Assembly: GCA_951406725.2 (NCBI GenBank)
Contig: OX597842.1
Coordinates: 19,902,001-19,966,000 of the forward strand
Length of the DNA stretch: 64,000 bases
Reading direction: 5' to 3'
From: Octopus vulgaris
Taxonomy: Eukaryota
In this document: positions 22,217 to 34,513 of the stretch, one piece after another
Layout of the letters: the number at the start of each line of letters is the position of its first letter
How positions within the stretch are numbered: position 1 is the stretch's first letter
Position numbers and translations under genes: made by a program
The notes under the pieces: model-generated
The model's input: only the letters and a program-made list of their open reading frames with translations
Told to the model about the DNA's origin: nothing
The model's database searches: none

Positions 22217-23517
22217 ATATTAGGGAATAAATCCAAACTTACAGGGAAAAATTAGATTTAGGATTAAATCCAATTTTATAGTATAAATATATACGACGGG
22301 CTTCTTTCAGTTTCCGTCTACCAAATCCACTCACAAGGCTTTGGTCGGCTAGGGGCTATAGTAGAAGACACTTGCCGAAGATGCCACGCAGTGGGACTGA
22401 ACCCGGAACCATGTGGTTGGTAAATAAGCTACTTACCACACAGCCACTCCTGCACCTATGGTGCATAAAATATATTTTAGTAAATTTTTAAATGATATCA
22501 TACGAACTCATATAACACATTTGTTTGTCCTGTGTTGTCGCATTCTGTATAAGATCGTTCTGATCATAATAAAGATTCCATTTTAAACCTGAAGAAAAAA
22601 AAGCTTTGCATATTTCTTCTTAACCTATTTCGTTTGTGTCTGTAAAATCCGCAAATTTCCAAGAAGAAAACAGAATCGAACTGTCGTTTGCTTCCACGGA
22701 AATACCCGAAGTGAAATGTTTTGATTCTGTCGAGTTATATTGAAAGAATGCCAGAAATGCCTTGTGGTATTCTTTCCGGCTCTTTCGGAATTCAACCCTT
22801 GCGTTCCCCCGGGGGCTAATAAAATATCTGCCAAGTACTGGCAGACAAACGTAGTCATGTGCTTACAAATTAAGGAAACGGAGCCCCAATTTTGGCGATC
22901 TTTCGTTTTCAGTACAGTTTACATCACTTCTAAACCACGTAGGTTTGTTTATGTTTCTCCTGAACATGATCGGTGCTTTCCGTAAAAACTTTATTCTTTA
23001 CGTACGTGGGAGGACAGGGGACTTTTCTTTTGAAGTCGGCGTAAAGCGAAAGAGAGAGAGGAATTGATGTGTGGGCGTGTGTTGATGGGGTGCACGAGGC
23101 AGAAAGTGTGGTGCGTATATGAAATTTGCACGTATGTTTATGCAACGAACGGTATACTCTCTCTTTTACTTGTTTCAGTTATTTTGATGGCGGCCATGCT
23201 GGAGCAACGCCTTTAATCGAGCAACTCGACCCCGGGACTTATTTTTTTGTAAGTCCAGTACTTATTCTATCGGTCTCTTTTGCCGAACCAAAGTGACGGG
23301 GACATAAACACACCAGCATCGGTTGTCAAGCAATGCTAGGGGGACAAACACACATATATAGATACGGCAGGCTTCTTTCAGTTCCCGTCTACCAAATCCA
23401 CTCAGAAGGCATTGGTCGGCCCGGGGCTATAGCAGAAGACACCTGCCCAAGGTGCCACGCAGTGGGACCGAACCCGGAACCCTGAGGTTGGTTAGCAAGC
23501 TACTTACCACACAGCCC
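22040..23517 (-). mobile_element. Two family A SINE copies (22040-22460, 23157-23517)
   Basis: Same head and tail motifs as other family A copies. Confidence 0.8.
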
Positions 23518-23780
23518 TGGAGCAACTTTTAAAAAGTTCTAAAAGCTAACCCCACCACCGCCCTCCCCTATCCGAACTGATTTTCGTGGGGACTTACGCA
23601 CTGGAGAAGCTTTCCGGTAAAAGAAAAAAGGAAATTCAAGCGAAAAGGTAGGATTTAAGGGCTGTTATTTGTAGGAAAAACCAGTACATTTAAAACTCTC
23701 CTTGAAGTCTACTCACAATAAGAAAAAGAAACATCGCAAATCGCCAAAAAAGCGGAATTAACCTTCATGAGAATGTGGGT

Positions 23781-23796
23781 GGCCCTGAAAAGGACG
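23781..23796 (-). terminator. Histone 3' stem-loop of H2B (degenerate)
   Basis: Minus strand CGTCCTTTTCAGGGCC followed by ACCCA; first base pair broken relative to GGCCCTTTTCAGGGCC. Confidence 0.8.
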
Positions 23797-23828
23797 GTTA
23801 TTCTTCGATGAAGAGAAACGAAGCAGGT

Positions 23829-24206
23829 TTATTTGCTGCTAGTGTATTTGGTGACGGCCTTGGTACCCTCAGAGACGGCGTGTTTGGCCAACTCACCAGG
23901 AAGGAGAAGACGGACAGCAGTCTGCACCTCACGGCTACTGATGGTCGAACGTTTGTTGTAGTGAGCCAAGCGGCTGGATTCAGAAGCTATTCTTTCGAAC
24001 AGATCGTTGACAAAACTGTTCATGATGGACATAGCTTTGCTGGAGATGCCAGTGTCCGGGTGGACTTGCTTCATCACTTTGTAGATGTAGATGGAGTAAC
24101 TTTCCTTCCTCTTCTTCTTACGTTTCTTGTCCCCGTCAGGGCGAGAGGTCTTGGCCTTGGAGGCCTTCTTGGCTCCTTTCGAAGCAGTTGCTGGTGCTGG
24201 TGGCAT
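23829..24206 (-). CDS. H2B: Histone H2B (125 aa, intact ORF, native promoter apparently lost)
   Basis: [14 protein letters not shown]...[26 protein letters not shown]...[21 protein letters not shown]; intronless with stem-loop. Confidence 0.96.
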   Translation of the reverse strand: MPPAPATASKGAKKASKAKTSRPDGDKKRKKKRKESYSIYIYKVMKQVHPDTGISSKAMSIMNSFVNDLFERIASESSRLAHYNKRSTISSREVQTAVRLLLPGELAKHAVSEGTKAVTKYTSSK

Positions 24207-24226
24207 AATGTCACTTGCGAAAGCTA

Positions 24227-25181
24227 TTTCTTTATTATCCATAAGGATTAACACAGATGGGGACAATACAATGGTTTGGGGTCAAAACATGGAACTTTTT
24301 ACAATGAAACCGGATGAGTTATGTACAGTGGTGTTATAATGAAATCGAAAAACAAACAACAAGAAAGGACAATGAAGATAAAAGAACAGGGTAGCCGACC
24401 CCACGAGCCCTGTTATTTCAGCAGAGACTTTTGGTAAGTGATCATGCAGGGCCTTTCACACCCAGCATTCGTGCTACATGCGTCCATCTTTTTTTGAATA
24501 CAGACTTAGTCAGACACCTTTTCTCCAGCTCCACTTTTTACTTCAGATGGAATTTGAAGAAGTTTGTTAGGTCGGTGCCAGAGATCATGGTGTCTGACAT
24601 TAAACCTTTCACTCTTGTCTTCCATATAACCTCTTTCGCAACTGCTACTGTCACGAGAAAGCAATGCTTACCTTCGTTCGTCATGAAACCAGGTGGGTCA
24701 ATTTTAAGGATTGACTCAGACGACAGCTGTACTCTTCCCTCGTCCGACAACAGGTGTTCGGCATAAACCCACACTTCCGAAATCTCCGGACATTGAACGA
24801 TGGCGTGCAGGACTGTTTCCACGTCCTGTCCGGCATTGCCCGAGTTGCGGAAGCGTACGAGAGCCTTTCGGCACTCCGAATACCACATATTTGATTTCAG
24901 TCTGCGACGAAACCAGGTTTCTCTACCACCAAAACTGGCAAAGCTGGGGAATGTTTGTCTTGCGAGCGGAGACCACACCCGTTCACCTTCCAGGTAGAGC
25001 CAAAGATGCCTGAGCCTCAGCGCATGTCTGCGCATCAACAGCCAAGGCATCCCTAACCCACCCTTTAACGGTTGTTGACAACAGATAGAACGTCTCACAA
25101 GAGGTTTGGAGCCTTTCCACAAAAAGCGGAAGATTTGCCTCTCCAACTTGTTTACCCACGAATCCGGACAGGGGACGACGT
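24227..25181 (-). mobile_element. 5'-truncated Tx1/L1-clade non-LTR retrotransposon
   Basis: IFRFLWKG...PLKGGLGMP and ETVLHAIVQCP..VW motifs of L1/Tx1 ORF2; internal deletion before the HxxxxC motif; premature stop at 24538; 3' UTR ends AATAAAGAAA at 24236-24227. Confidence 0.85.
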
Positions 25182-25454
25182 AAGGGAAATTATGCCCAAC
25201 GTGTCGGTGCCGGAGCCCCAGTCTACTTGGCCGCTGTAATGGAATATTTGGCTGCTGAGGTGTTGGAATTGGCAGGAAATGCTGCCAGAGATAACAAGAA
25301 ATCGAGAATCATTCCCCGTCACTTGCAGTTGGCCATCCGTAACGACGAAGAATTGAACAAACTTTTGTCCGGAGTGACCATCGCCCAGGGTGGTGTTCTT
25401 CCCAACATTCAGGCTGTTCTTCTGCCCAAGAAAACCCAGAAGGCTTCTAAGTAA
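25179..25454 (+). pseudogene. H2A: Histone H2A, N-terminal ~34 codons missing
   Basis: [63 protein letters not shown]...; upstream sequence is retrotransposon. Confidence 0.93.
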
Positions 25455-25492
25455 ATTAATTCGGTGGCATTTTTTACTTTATCCGTATCAAC

Positions 25493-25508
25493 GGCCCTTT
25501 TCAGGGCC
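25493..25508 (+). terminator. Histone 3' stem-loop of H2A
   Basis: GGCCCTTTTCAGGGCC, 38 nt after the stop codon. Confidence 0.92.
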
Positions 25509-25704
25509 TCTCACACTCTGCGTATTCGTCTTCTCTCGACTTAATATTTGCGATTTATAATCTGTCAAAAGTATGTCATTTGGCATTGGAGCCGAATGAA
25601 TGTTTTATTATTTAGTATTCTTTCACCCTCACAATATTCATTAAGACGAAGAATACTCTGATTTTTTTTGTATGGGGTCAGGAACCGCTGACCTCAAGGT
25701 GTGT

Positions 25705-26575
25705 GGTACTATTCAAGCAGAGTGGTCCCGGTGTGTTTGAGAATGTTTTTATGAGACACGGTTTTTTTTTTTTTACTTATATTCCATACTTTATTTAAAA
25801 GCAGCAGAGGTTTAACAAAAGCTGTTACTCGGGGTTCCACGTTCCCGTTTGTCGGACAGTTTTGTTTGAAAAGAGGAGAGACTGTCCGGTGAGCGGAAGC
25901 GTAAAACTCCGAGTAACAGCTTTTAAATAAAACATATTACTCTATTTCTGGTATTTGAGTACTCTTTTCCACCTTGTTTCGCATTTATGTTTACTCCGGT
26001 GTATATATATGTATGTGGAGGCGCAATGGCCCAGTGGTTAAGGCAGCGGAGTCGCGGTCGGTCGTAGGATCGTGGTTTCGATTCCCAGACCGGGCGTTGT
26101 GAGTGTTTATTGAGTGAAAACACCAAAATGCTCAACGATGCTCCGGCAGGGTGTGGTGGTCCCGGCTGTACTCTTTCTTCTGTTGGCCTGCTCGCTTAGC
26201 CAGCGGGGTGGCGTCGTTCGAAGGGTAAAACAATGGGAAGCGTATTGTAACCAGCGATGTGTGGCACCATCTTATAGCCTGGTCGGTCACGTGATATATA
26301 TTTGTGTATATATATATATATATATAGGCATTGTTTTGCACCTATTACACTTTTTTGTTTTTGTGCCAGGGTCAGACCCGAAAGATTCACGATGTGGATT
26401 TTCCGACTCCTCTCCCCCACCCCTCTTTCGCGAGCGCGCCTTTTTTTGCCATATTCGTTTAGAGGAAGTCGTTTTACACTATTTTTATATTTTGTTTTTC
26501 TGACCGGATCGAGCGCTTTGGTTTGGCTAGCTAGTGTGTGTGCACGCACCGGGACCACTCTTCATAAATAGTACC
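25705..26575. mobile_element. GGTACTAT-TIR DNA element (Merlin-like) with nested Penelope-like piece and family B SINE
   Basis: GGTACTATTCAAGCAGAGTGGTCCCGGTG versus inverted GGTACTATTTATGAAGAGTGGTCCCGGTG; flanks AAGGTGTGT / ATGGTGTGC (7/9, decayed TSD). Confidence 0.65.
26016..26295 (+). mobile_element. tRNA-derived SINE family B (GTGGAGGCGCAATGG head); copies at 27532-27800, 34830-35416, 48530-48907, 57286-57672
   Basis: TGGCCCAGTGGTTAAG A box, GGTTTCGATTCC B box; variable 3' parts. Confidence 0.8.
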
Positions 26576-26639
26576 ATGGTGTGCTGCAAGCCCCTTATTT
26601 TTGTTCGGGGAGAAAAGGGGTGGATGGGAAACTGGACTC

Positions 26640-27010
26640 ACCACCAACATGGGATTTTCCTATTTATATACATTTGGTGGTCAATGTGGAAACTAGGGAT
26701 AAAAAGTGGTAGATGAGAGCTGTAGGGGCCATGCACAGGGATGCTGTCGGTGAGGTGAGGGTTGGCAACGAGTATAGTGGAGAATTCCAGGTAGAAGTAG
26801 GCTGTTCACCAAGGTTCAGTCCTCAGCCCACTCTTATTCATCATAGTCCTCTGGGCAATAGCAGGAATTCATGACAAGCTGACCCTAGGGGCTCCTCTGT
26901 GTTGGTGACCTTCGCTTATAGCTGGGTCACTACCAAAGCTGAAGGAGAAATTTCAGGTGTGGTAGGCAAGGCTAGAATTGAAGGGCCTTTGGGAAAAGAC
27001 CAAAGTCTTT
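26640..27010 (+). mobile_element. Decayed RTE-clade RT fragment
   Basis: VRVGNEYSGEFQVEVG / VHQGSVLSPLLFIIVL readable across a frameshift. Confidence 0.65.
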
Positions 27011-27115
27011 ATGTATACATATATATATATATATTATATGTACATGTAGAGGTAGGTACGTACATATGTTTTATTTTATTTATTAATATATTATATATAT
27101 ATGTATATATACATA

Positions 27116-27525
27116 AGTTCAGCAAAAATTTAGATTCAAATGAATATGGTACTTATGCACCAGAATTTTGTATGGTGTTATCCATAAAAATTTGCGGGGT
27201 GATTATAATCAAAAATAAGCAACAAGAATGACTCTGGTAATTTGGTACAATTGTTTCGCACTACAACATTCTATTAAAAGTGGTTGGACTTCACCACCTC
27301 ATATGTTCTTAAAATTTAAATCCACATCTTTGTATATCTACCTTCGCTATAATGTTGCCACTTGATTTGAAAGCTTTTGTATTAATGGAAAACCTATATA
27401 ATTGGCTGATGAGCACTCAGCATCTTAAATCTGTTGAAATACTTACAGCATTTAATAAAATGATGTAGTGCAAAGCACTTGTACCACATTACCGGAGTCA
27501 TTCTTGTTGCTTATTTTGATTATAT
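27116..27525. mobile_element. Penelope-like inverted-repeat remnant with hammerhead motifs (paralog of 55248-55735)
   Basis: Inverted arms 27200-27280 / 27450-27525; CTGATGA at 27406; GAAAC-AATT-GTA on the minus strand at ~27246-27257. Confidence 0.65.
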
Positions 27526-28592
27526 ATATATGTGGAGGCGCAATGGCTTAGTGGACTCGCAGGATCGCGGTTTCGATTCCCAGACCGGGCGTTGTGAGTG
27601 TTTATTGAGCAAAAACACCTAAAAGCTCCACGAGGCTCTTGCAGGGGTGGGGGGTGATCCCTGCTGTACTCTTTCTCCCACTCTTCTGTCGGCCTGCTCG
27701 CTTAGCCAGCGGGGTGGCGTCCTTCGAAGGCTAAAACAATGCGAACACATTGTGACCAGCGATATGTAACTACATCTGATGGTTTGGTCGGTCACGTGAT
27801 CACATATACACATATATATCTATATATATAGAGAGAGAGTTTACGAAAATAACCAAAAGACGAAGACAGGTGGTGTACAAAACAAACAGTTGTATTAGTA
27901 TAATGCTTAGGAATAGAAAAAGTCTTTTACGTTTCGAGCCTACGCTCTTCTACAGAAAAAACAAGGAGGGAAAAAGATGTGTGTAGTGGCTAACGATCTA
28001 TCATGGGGACGGCCATATATATATACATACATACATACTTTTATTAAAGCTGCAAATTTATCACAAAACTGTTAATCTGAGTGTCAGGTTTGCATTCAAG
28101 AGACAGGTGTGATGGAAACATTTCATTCCAACTGTCCAACAGACAAGAACATGAAACTCTGAGAAACAGTTTTGTAATAATTGGACAAACATTAATAGAA
28201 TTTTTTATTCATTCAGAAATTATCTTAAATGGAATATATATATGAATATTATGAAAGAACAGCTTTTATTAAAAATATCAGAATTGATGAGGATATATAA
28301 AAATATAGTGTTAGTAAGTTGTTATAACATGCTGTTATATCTTCTTTATCATCTGGATATATTTATTGTTATATAAGATATTCCTTTCAACAAATGACTT
28401 TTGATATTGATACAGTCACTCTTCTCTATGATGATAAAGATATCTGTAGTTAATTGTCTTTTTTCAGAGAAGGATATACCACAGAATCAGTTACATGGTT
28501 TCTCTTCCATATCAATGTGTGTCTGTGTTTATCTAAGAGATTTATTTGAGAGAACCATTCACCACAAATATCACAATGACATGGTTTCTCTC

Positions 28593-29279
28593 CTAATGAA
28601 TGAGTCTGTGAGTGGTCAAGTGATCTATTTCAGAGAATGATTCACCACAGGTGTCACAATGATGTGACTTCACCCCTGAATGAACACCTTTGTGTCTACT
28701 TAAATGTCCCTTTTGAGTGAATGATTTACTGCAGATATCACAGTGGTAAGGTTTCTCACCTGTATGGATAAATCTGTGAGTGGATAAGTCACCACTTTGA
28801 GAGAATGATTTATCACAGATATCACATTGATATGGCTTTTCACCTGTATGAGTACGTTTATGTACAATTACACCACTTTTGTGAGTGAATGATTTACCAC
28901 AGATATCACACTGAAATGGTTTCTCTCCTGTATGGATAACCTTGTGAGCAGCTAAGTTACCATCTCGAGAGAATGATTTACCACAGATATCACACTGAAA
29001 TGGTTTCTCTCCTGTATGAATACGTTTATGTACAGTTACAGCACTTCTTCGAGCAAATGTTTTACTGCAGATATCACACTGATATGGTTTCTCCCCTGTG
29101 TGAGTAAGTCTGTGTGTATCCAAGTTAAATTTCATGGAGAATGATTTACCACAGATATCACAGTGATATGGTTTCTCTCCTGTATGAGTAAGTTTGTGAG
29201 TAGCTATGTAACTCTTTAGAGAGAATGATTTACCACAGATATCACAGTCGTATACAGATTTTCCTCTTTCTTTTGGCAT
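28593..29279 (-). CDS. C2H2 zinc-finger protein, 8 fingers (228 aa)
   Basis: MPKERGKSVYD then 8 CxxC...HxxxH units with TGEKPY linkers; candidate splice acceptor TTTCAG at 29697-29692. Confidence 0.9.
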   Translation of the reverse strand: MPKERGKSVYDCDICGKSFSLKSYIATHKLTHTGEKPYHCDICGKSFSMKFNLDTHRLTHTGEKPYQCDICSKTFARRSAVTVHKRIHTGEKPFQCDICGKSFSRDGNLAAHKVIHTGEKPFQCDICGKSFTHKSGVIVHKRTHTGEKPYQCDICDKSFSQSGDLSTHRFIHTGEKPYHCDICSKSFTQKGHLSRHKGVHSGVKSHHCDTCGESFSEIDHLTTHRLIH

Positions 29280-31354
29280 CTCTGCAGCTAAAACTAACAA
29301 AACTCCAAGATTCTCACACAATTCCTCTTTCTGTAATTTTTTTCTTCAACAAAATGGTCTGGAAATTTCATTTCTTCTTGTTTCTATATTTTATTCCTAA
29401 CAAATGTTACAACTGCCATATTTTTATCAAATATAAGCTTTGCTGATATCTTAAGATGTTGCAAATGTCTTTGTAAATTTATCCAAGTTTATTCAGAATC
29501 CAAATTTAGGTTTTACCCATTTCAGAGTGAATCCAAGAAATTTCACCAATAATGTCACTCAGAAGAAATATTTTACTGAAATTCACAGTTAATTTACATA
29601 AACAGGGTTCTTATATCCAGTTCTGTGTAACATCGTCTTCAAAATATGATAAATATTGATGACGCTTCTGCAGTAAATTTCCTCTGATATTCTGAAATAA
29701 GAGAGAAACAACAGTTTAACACAGAGTGTAGCTTTGGTTATGACAAAGGCTTGGTGTTCATTTATATACGACATTTACTGCTACAATGATAAATCTCATT
29801 TAAGAAACAGATTGGGTTTATTTACATTTCTGAAGAGAAAAAGGGATCTTTTCGGTTTGACCGGCAGTTTTTTCTAGTGGTGTCATATGAAATTGTCACC
29901 CATAATTATGACCCTAGTATCAATCTATTGCATTTCAATCTGTTTTAGGGTTAGGAGTGGGGGGAAGGGTAATTTTCTTTTTTTTTCCACAAATGTAAAT
30001 AAACCCAATCTATTTCTTAAACGAGGGACATATTCATACTGCCTTTAGGCAGTACAAAAACAACAAAAAAGTGGAAGGTGCAGTTATGACAAAAGAAAAG
30101 CAGGACAAAAACGATGCATGCAAATGGGTTGGCTGGAGGTAAATCTAGATGGAAAAGCATGATAAATTTATGAGAACCCGCTGGGACATTAATATATATA
30201 TAATTATAATAAAGGGTTATTTGCAACAAGTTGCTTAAACCACATACCGAAAATATTAGAAATAGCAGCCAAATAGGCTACTATTACTATTACTACAAAA
30301 ATAAGTCTCCACAAACAACAGTATTTGCAACCCAAACAACAGTATTTGCAACCCGTATATGGTAAAAGGAATGAAGACAACGAAATCACACAGTCTACTT
30401 TATATATATATATATACACATGAGCAAAATACCCCTCCTCCCGGCCGTCCAATGGAATGTGCTGAGTTGTCAAACATTTAAACCAAATTTTCTCAAGATA
30501 ACTTGTCCGACCGCTCCATAGGCCTCCCCTTTGAGAAACACTGATTTAACCTAAATTAGGGACACCAGCAAAAGAAGAAATAAAGATAGACTTTTTTTCT
30601 ATTCCAAAGAAAAACGATTTTATTCACAAAAATATGCAACCGAAGAGTTTAAAGTACCAGTAATTATAAGGCTGTTGACTGGGAGAACACAAACATGGTT
30701 TAAACAGTAAGCTTGGCAGGAAAGAAACGTGCCTTTAAGCAGGACAAAAACAACAAAAAATGGAAGGTGCAGTTATGTACAGGTTGACGGAAGAAAACCA
30801 GGACAAAAACGGCTTTATTGATCGCATTCTCACCTGGAATATATTATTGTAATTTTTTCTCACCTGGAAACGATTTTTGTAATTTTTTCAAAGACTAATA
30901 CACGCCCTGATACAGTCGGTATCTACAAATCAAATTTAAGTGCAATCGGATGGAGGATGCCTGAAATCCAAGAAGACACACAGACAGAACGGATTTTATA
31001 TAAGAGATTATGAAAAACAGCTTTTATTAAAAATATCAGAATGGTAGATATTGATGAGTATAAATAAAAAATATAGTGTTTTGTTATAACATGCTGTTAT
31101 ATCTCCTTTATCAGCTGGATATATTTATTGTTATATAAGATATTCCTTTCAACAAATGACTTTTGATATTGATACAGTCACTCTTCTCTATGATGAGAAA
31201 TATATCTGTAGTTAATTGTCTTTTTTCAGAGAAGGATATACCACAGAATCAGTTAGATGGTTTCTCTTCTATATCAATGTGTGTCTGTGTTTATCTAAGA
31301 GATTTATTTGAGAGAACCATTCACCACAGATATCACAATGACATGGTTTCTCTC

Positions 31355-33157
31355 CTAATGAATGAGTCTGTGAGTGGTCCAGTGATCTATTTCAGAGAAT
31401 GATTCACCACAGATATCACAGTGATAAGGCTTTTCACCTGTATGAGTAGGTTTGTGATTAGTTAATTTAGCTTTTACAGAGAATGATTCACCACAGGTGT
31501 CACAATGATGTGATTTCATTCCTGAATGAACACCTTTGTGTCTACTTAAATGTCCCTTTTGAATGAATGATTTACTGCAGATATCACAGTGATATGGCTT
31601 TTCACCTGTATGAGTACGTTTGTGATTAGTTAATTTAGCTTTTACAGAGAATGATTCACCACAGGTGTCACAATGATGTGATTTCATTCCTGAATGAACA
31701 CCTTTGTGTCTACTTAAATGTCCCTTTTGAATGAATGATTTACTGCAGATATCACAGTGATATGGCTTTTCACCTGTATGAGTACGTTTGTGATTAGTTA
31801 ATTTAGCTTTTACAGAGAATGATTCACCACAGGTGTCACAATGATGTGACTTCACCCCTGAATGAATACCTTTGTGTCTACTTAATTGTCCCTTTTGAAT
31901 GAATGATTTACTGCAGATATCACAGTGATATGGTTTCTCACCTGTATGAGTACGTTTGTGTTTAGTTAAGACAACCTTTAGAGTGAATGATTTCCCACAG
32001 ATATCACAGTGGTAAGGTTTCTCACCTGTATGGATAAACCTGTGAGTGGATAAGTCACCACTTTGAGAGAATGATTTATCACAGATATCACATTGATATG
32101 GTTTCTCACCTGTATGAGTACGTTTGTGTACAGTTACAGCACTTCTGTGAGTGAATGATTTACCACAGATATCACAGGAATATGGCTTTTCTCCTGTATG
32201 AGTAAATTTGTGAGTAGCTAAGTCACTATTTCGAGAGAAGGATTTACCACAGATATCACACTGGTAAGGTTTCTCCCCTGTATGAGTAAGTCTGTGCTTA
32301 CTTAAATTACATTGCAAGGAGAATGATTTACCACAGATATCACACTGATGGGGTTTCTCGCCAGTGTGAGTATGTTTGTGTTTAGCTAAGTCACCATTTC
32401 GAGAGAATGATTTACCACAGATATCACACTGGTAAGGTTTGTCGCCTGTATGAGTAAGTTTGTGCGTAACTAAGTAACCGCATCGAGAGAATGATTTACT
32501 ACAGATATCACAGTGATATGGTTTTTCTCCTGTATGAATACGTTTATGTATAGTTACAGTACTTCTTTGAGTGAATGATTTACCACAGATATCACACTGA
32601 TAAGGTTTCTCCCCTGTATGAATAACTTTGTGTGTCACTAAGTTAACTCTCACAGAGAATGATTTACCACAGATATCACACTGATAAGGTTTCTCACCTG
32701 TATGAATAAGTTTGTGTGTAGTTAAGTTACCTTTCAAAGAAAATAATTTACCACAGATATCACACTGATAAGGTTTCTTGCCTGTATGAGTATGTCTGTG
32801 TTTAGCTAAGGCACCATTTCGAGAGAATGATTTACCGCAGATATCACACTGATATGGTTTCTCCCCAGTGTGAGTAAGTTTGTGTGTATCCAAGTTAAAT
32901 TTCATGGAGAATGATTTACCACAGATATCACAGTGATATGGTTTCTCTCCTGTATGAATACGTCTGTGACATGTTAAACCACTACAATTAGAAAATGATT
33001 TACCACAAATATCACAATGATATGGTTTATCGCCTGTATGAATACGTTTATGTACAGTTACAGCACTTCTTCGAGCGAATGATTTATCACAAATATCACA
33101 CTGATAAGGTTTCTCACCTGTATGAGTAAGTTTGTGTTTAGCTAAGTTAACTCTCAT
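31355..33157 (-). CDS. C2H2 zinc-finger ORF, 21 intact fingers (600 aa)
   Basis: 21 x 28-aa units; paralog of 28593-29279 with matching UTRs; open only from an internal Met. Confidence 0.8.
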   Translation of the reverse strand: MRVNLAKHKLTHTGEKPYQCDICDKSFARRSAVTVHKRIHTGDKPYHCDICGKSFSNCSGLTCHRRIHTGEKPYHCDICGKSFSMKFNLDTHKLTHTGEKPYQCDICGKSFSRNGALAKHRHTHTGKKPYQCDICGKLFSLKGNLTTHKLIHTGEKPYQCDICGKSFSVRVNLVTHKVIHTGEKPYQCDICGKSFTQRSTVTIHKRIHTGEKPYHCDICSKSFSRCGYLVTHKLTHTGDKPYQCDICGKSFSRNGDLAKHKHTHTGEKPHQCDICGKSFSLQCNLSKHRLTHTGEKPYQCDICGKSFSRNSDLATHKFTHTGEKPYSCDICGKSFTHRSAVTVHKRTHTGEKPYQCDICDKSFSQSGDLSTHRFIHTGEKPYHCDICGKSFTLKVVLTKHKRTHTGEKPYHCDICSKSFIQKGQLSRHKGIHSGVKSHHCDTCGESFSVKAKLTNHKRTHTGEKPYHCDICSKSFIQKGHLSRHKGVHSGMKSHHCDTCGESFSVKAKLTNHKRTHTGEKPYHCDICSKSFIQKGHLSRHKGVHSGMKSHHCDTCGESFSVKAKLTNHKPTHTGEKPYHCDICGESFSEIDHWTTHRLIH

Positions 33158-33634
33158 GGAGAATGATTTACCACAGATATCACAATGATATGGTTTCTCT
33201 CCTGTGTGAGTAAGTGTCTAGTCAAAAGACCACTTTGAGAGAATGATTTACCACAGATATCACACTGATATGGTTTCTCACCTGTATGAATATGTTTATG
33301 TACAGTTACAGCACTTCTGCGAATTAATGATTTACTGCAGATATCACAATGATATGGTTTCTCTCGTGTATGAGTAAGTTTGTGTTTAGTTATGTGACAG
33401 TTTTGAGAGAATGATTTACCACAGATATCATACTGATATAGTTTTTGCTCTGTGTGAATATTTCTGTTAATAGTTAGATTAAGTTTATTTTTAATATGAT
33501 TTACCACAGATATCACAATGATGTGGCTTCTCTCCTGTATGAGTAAATTTGTGAGTAGCTAAGTTAACTTTCACAGAGAATGATTTACCACAGATATCAC
33601 AGTCATATACAGATTTTCCTCTTTCTTTTGGCAT
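33154..33634 (-). pseudogene. Disrupted 5' part of the long zinc-finger gene
   Basis: Same MPKERGKSVYD start, stop at 33491 in finger 2, further frameshift near 33205-33215. Confidence 0.8.
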
Positions 33635-34155
33635 CTCTGCAGCTAAAACTAACAAAACTCCAAGATTCTCACACAATTCCTCTTTCTGTAATTTTTTTCT
33701 TCAACAAAATGGTCTGGAAATGTCCTTTCTTCTTGTTTCTATATTTTATTCCTAACAAATGTTACAACTGCCATATTTTTATCAAATATAAGCTTTGCTG
33801 ATATCTTCAGATGTTGCAAATGCCTTTGTAAATTCATCCAAGTTTATTCGGAATACAAATTTAGATTTTACCCATTTCAGAGTGAATCCAAGAAATTTCA
33901 CCAATAATGTCACCCAGAAGAAATATTTTACTGTAATTCACAGTTAATTTACATAAACAGGGTTCTTATATCCAGTTCTGTGTAACATCATCTTCAAAAT
34001 ATGATAAACATTGATGACGCTTCTGCAGTAAAATTCCTCTAATGCCAATGTCCTCTGATATTCTGAAATAATAGAGAAACAACAGTTTAAGACAGAGTGT
34101 AGCTTTGGTTATGACAAAGGCTTGGGGTTCATTTATATACAACATTTATTGCCAC

Positions 34156-34513
34156 TGTTGTATTTAGGAATGGTCATTTTGCCAGTTTAGCCAATAAAAA
34201 CACACGCACTATATATTTGGTGTTATTTTGCTTCAGTGTTATTTATTTTTTACATTAATCTTAATCTTATTTCGGCCAGAGTTCTTTCGTCACACTCATC
34301 AGCTGACGGTTAGTAAGGAGAGACACACAAATAAGAAAGAAGAAAGCAAAGGACCACTGATGCGGTCACAGGAGTGTGATGAAAGAACTCTGGCCGAAAA
34401 AAGATTAGGATTAATGTAAAAAATAAATAACGTTGAAGCAAAGTAACACCAAATATATAGTGCGTGTGTTTTTATTGGCTAAACTGGCAAAATGACCATT
34501 CCGAAATACAACA
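34156..34513. repeat. Inverted-repeat remnant, Penelope-like
   Basis: ~140-bp arms; CTGATGC-GGTCA...TGGCC-GAAA degenerate hammerhead core at ~34357-34400. Confidence 0.5.

Noticed and set aside
23775-24251. 158-aa ORF antisense to H2B
   Set aside because: Shadow ORF of the histone coding sequence.
24207-24266. N-terminally extended H2B (145 aa in the ORF track)
   Set aside because: The extension comes from the retrotransposon 3' UTR and the H2B leader; the real start is the ATG at 24206.
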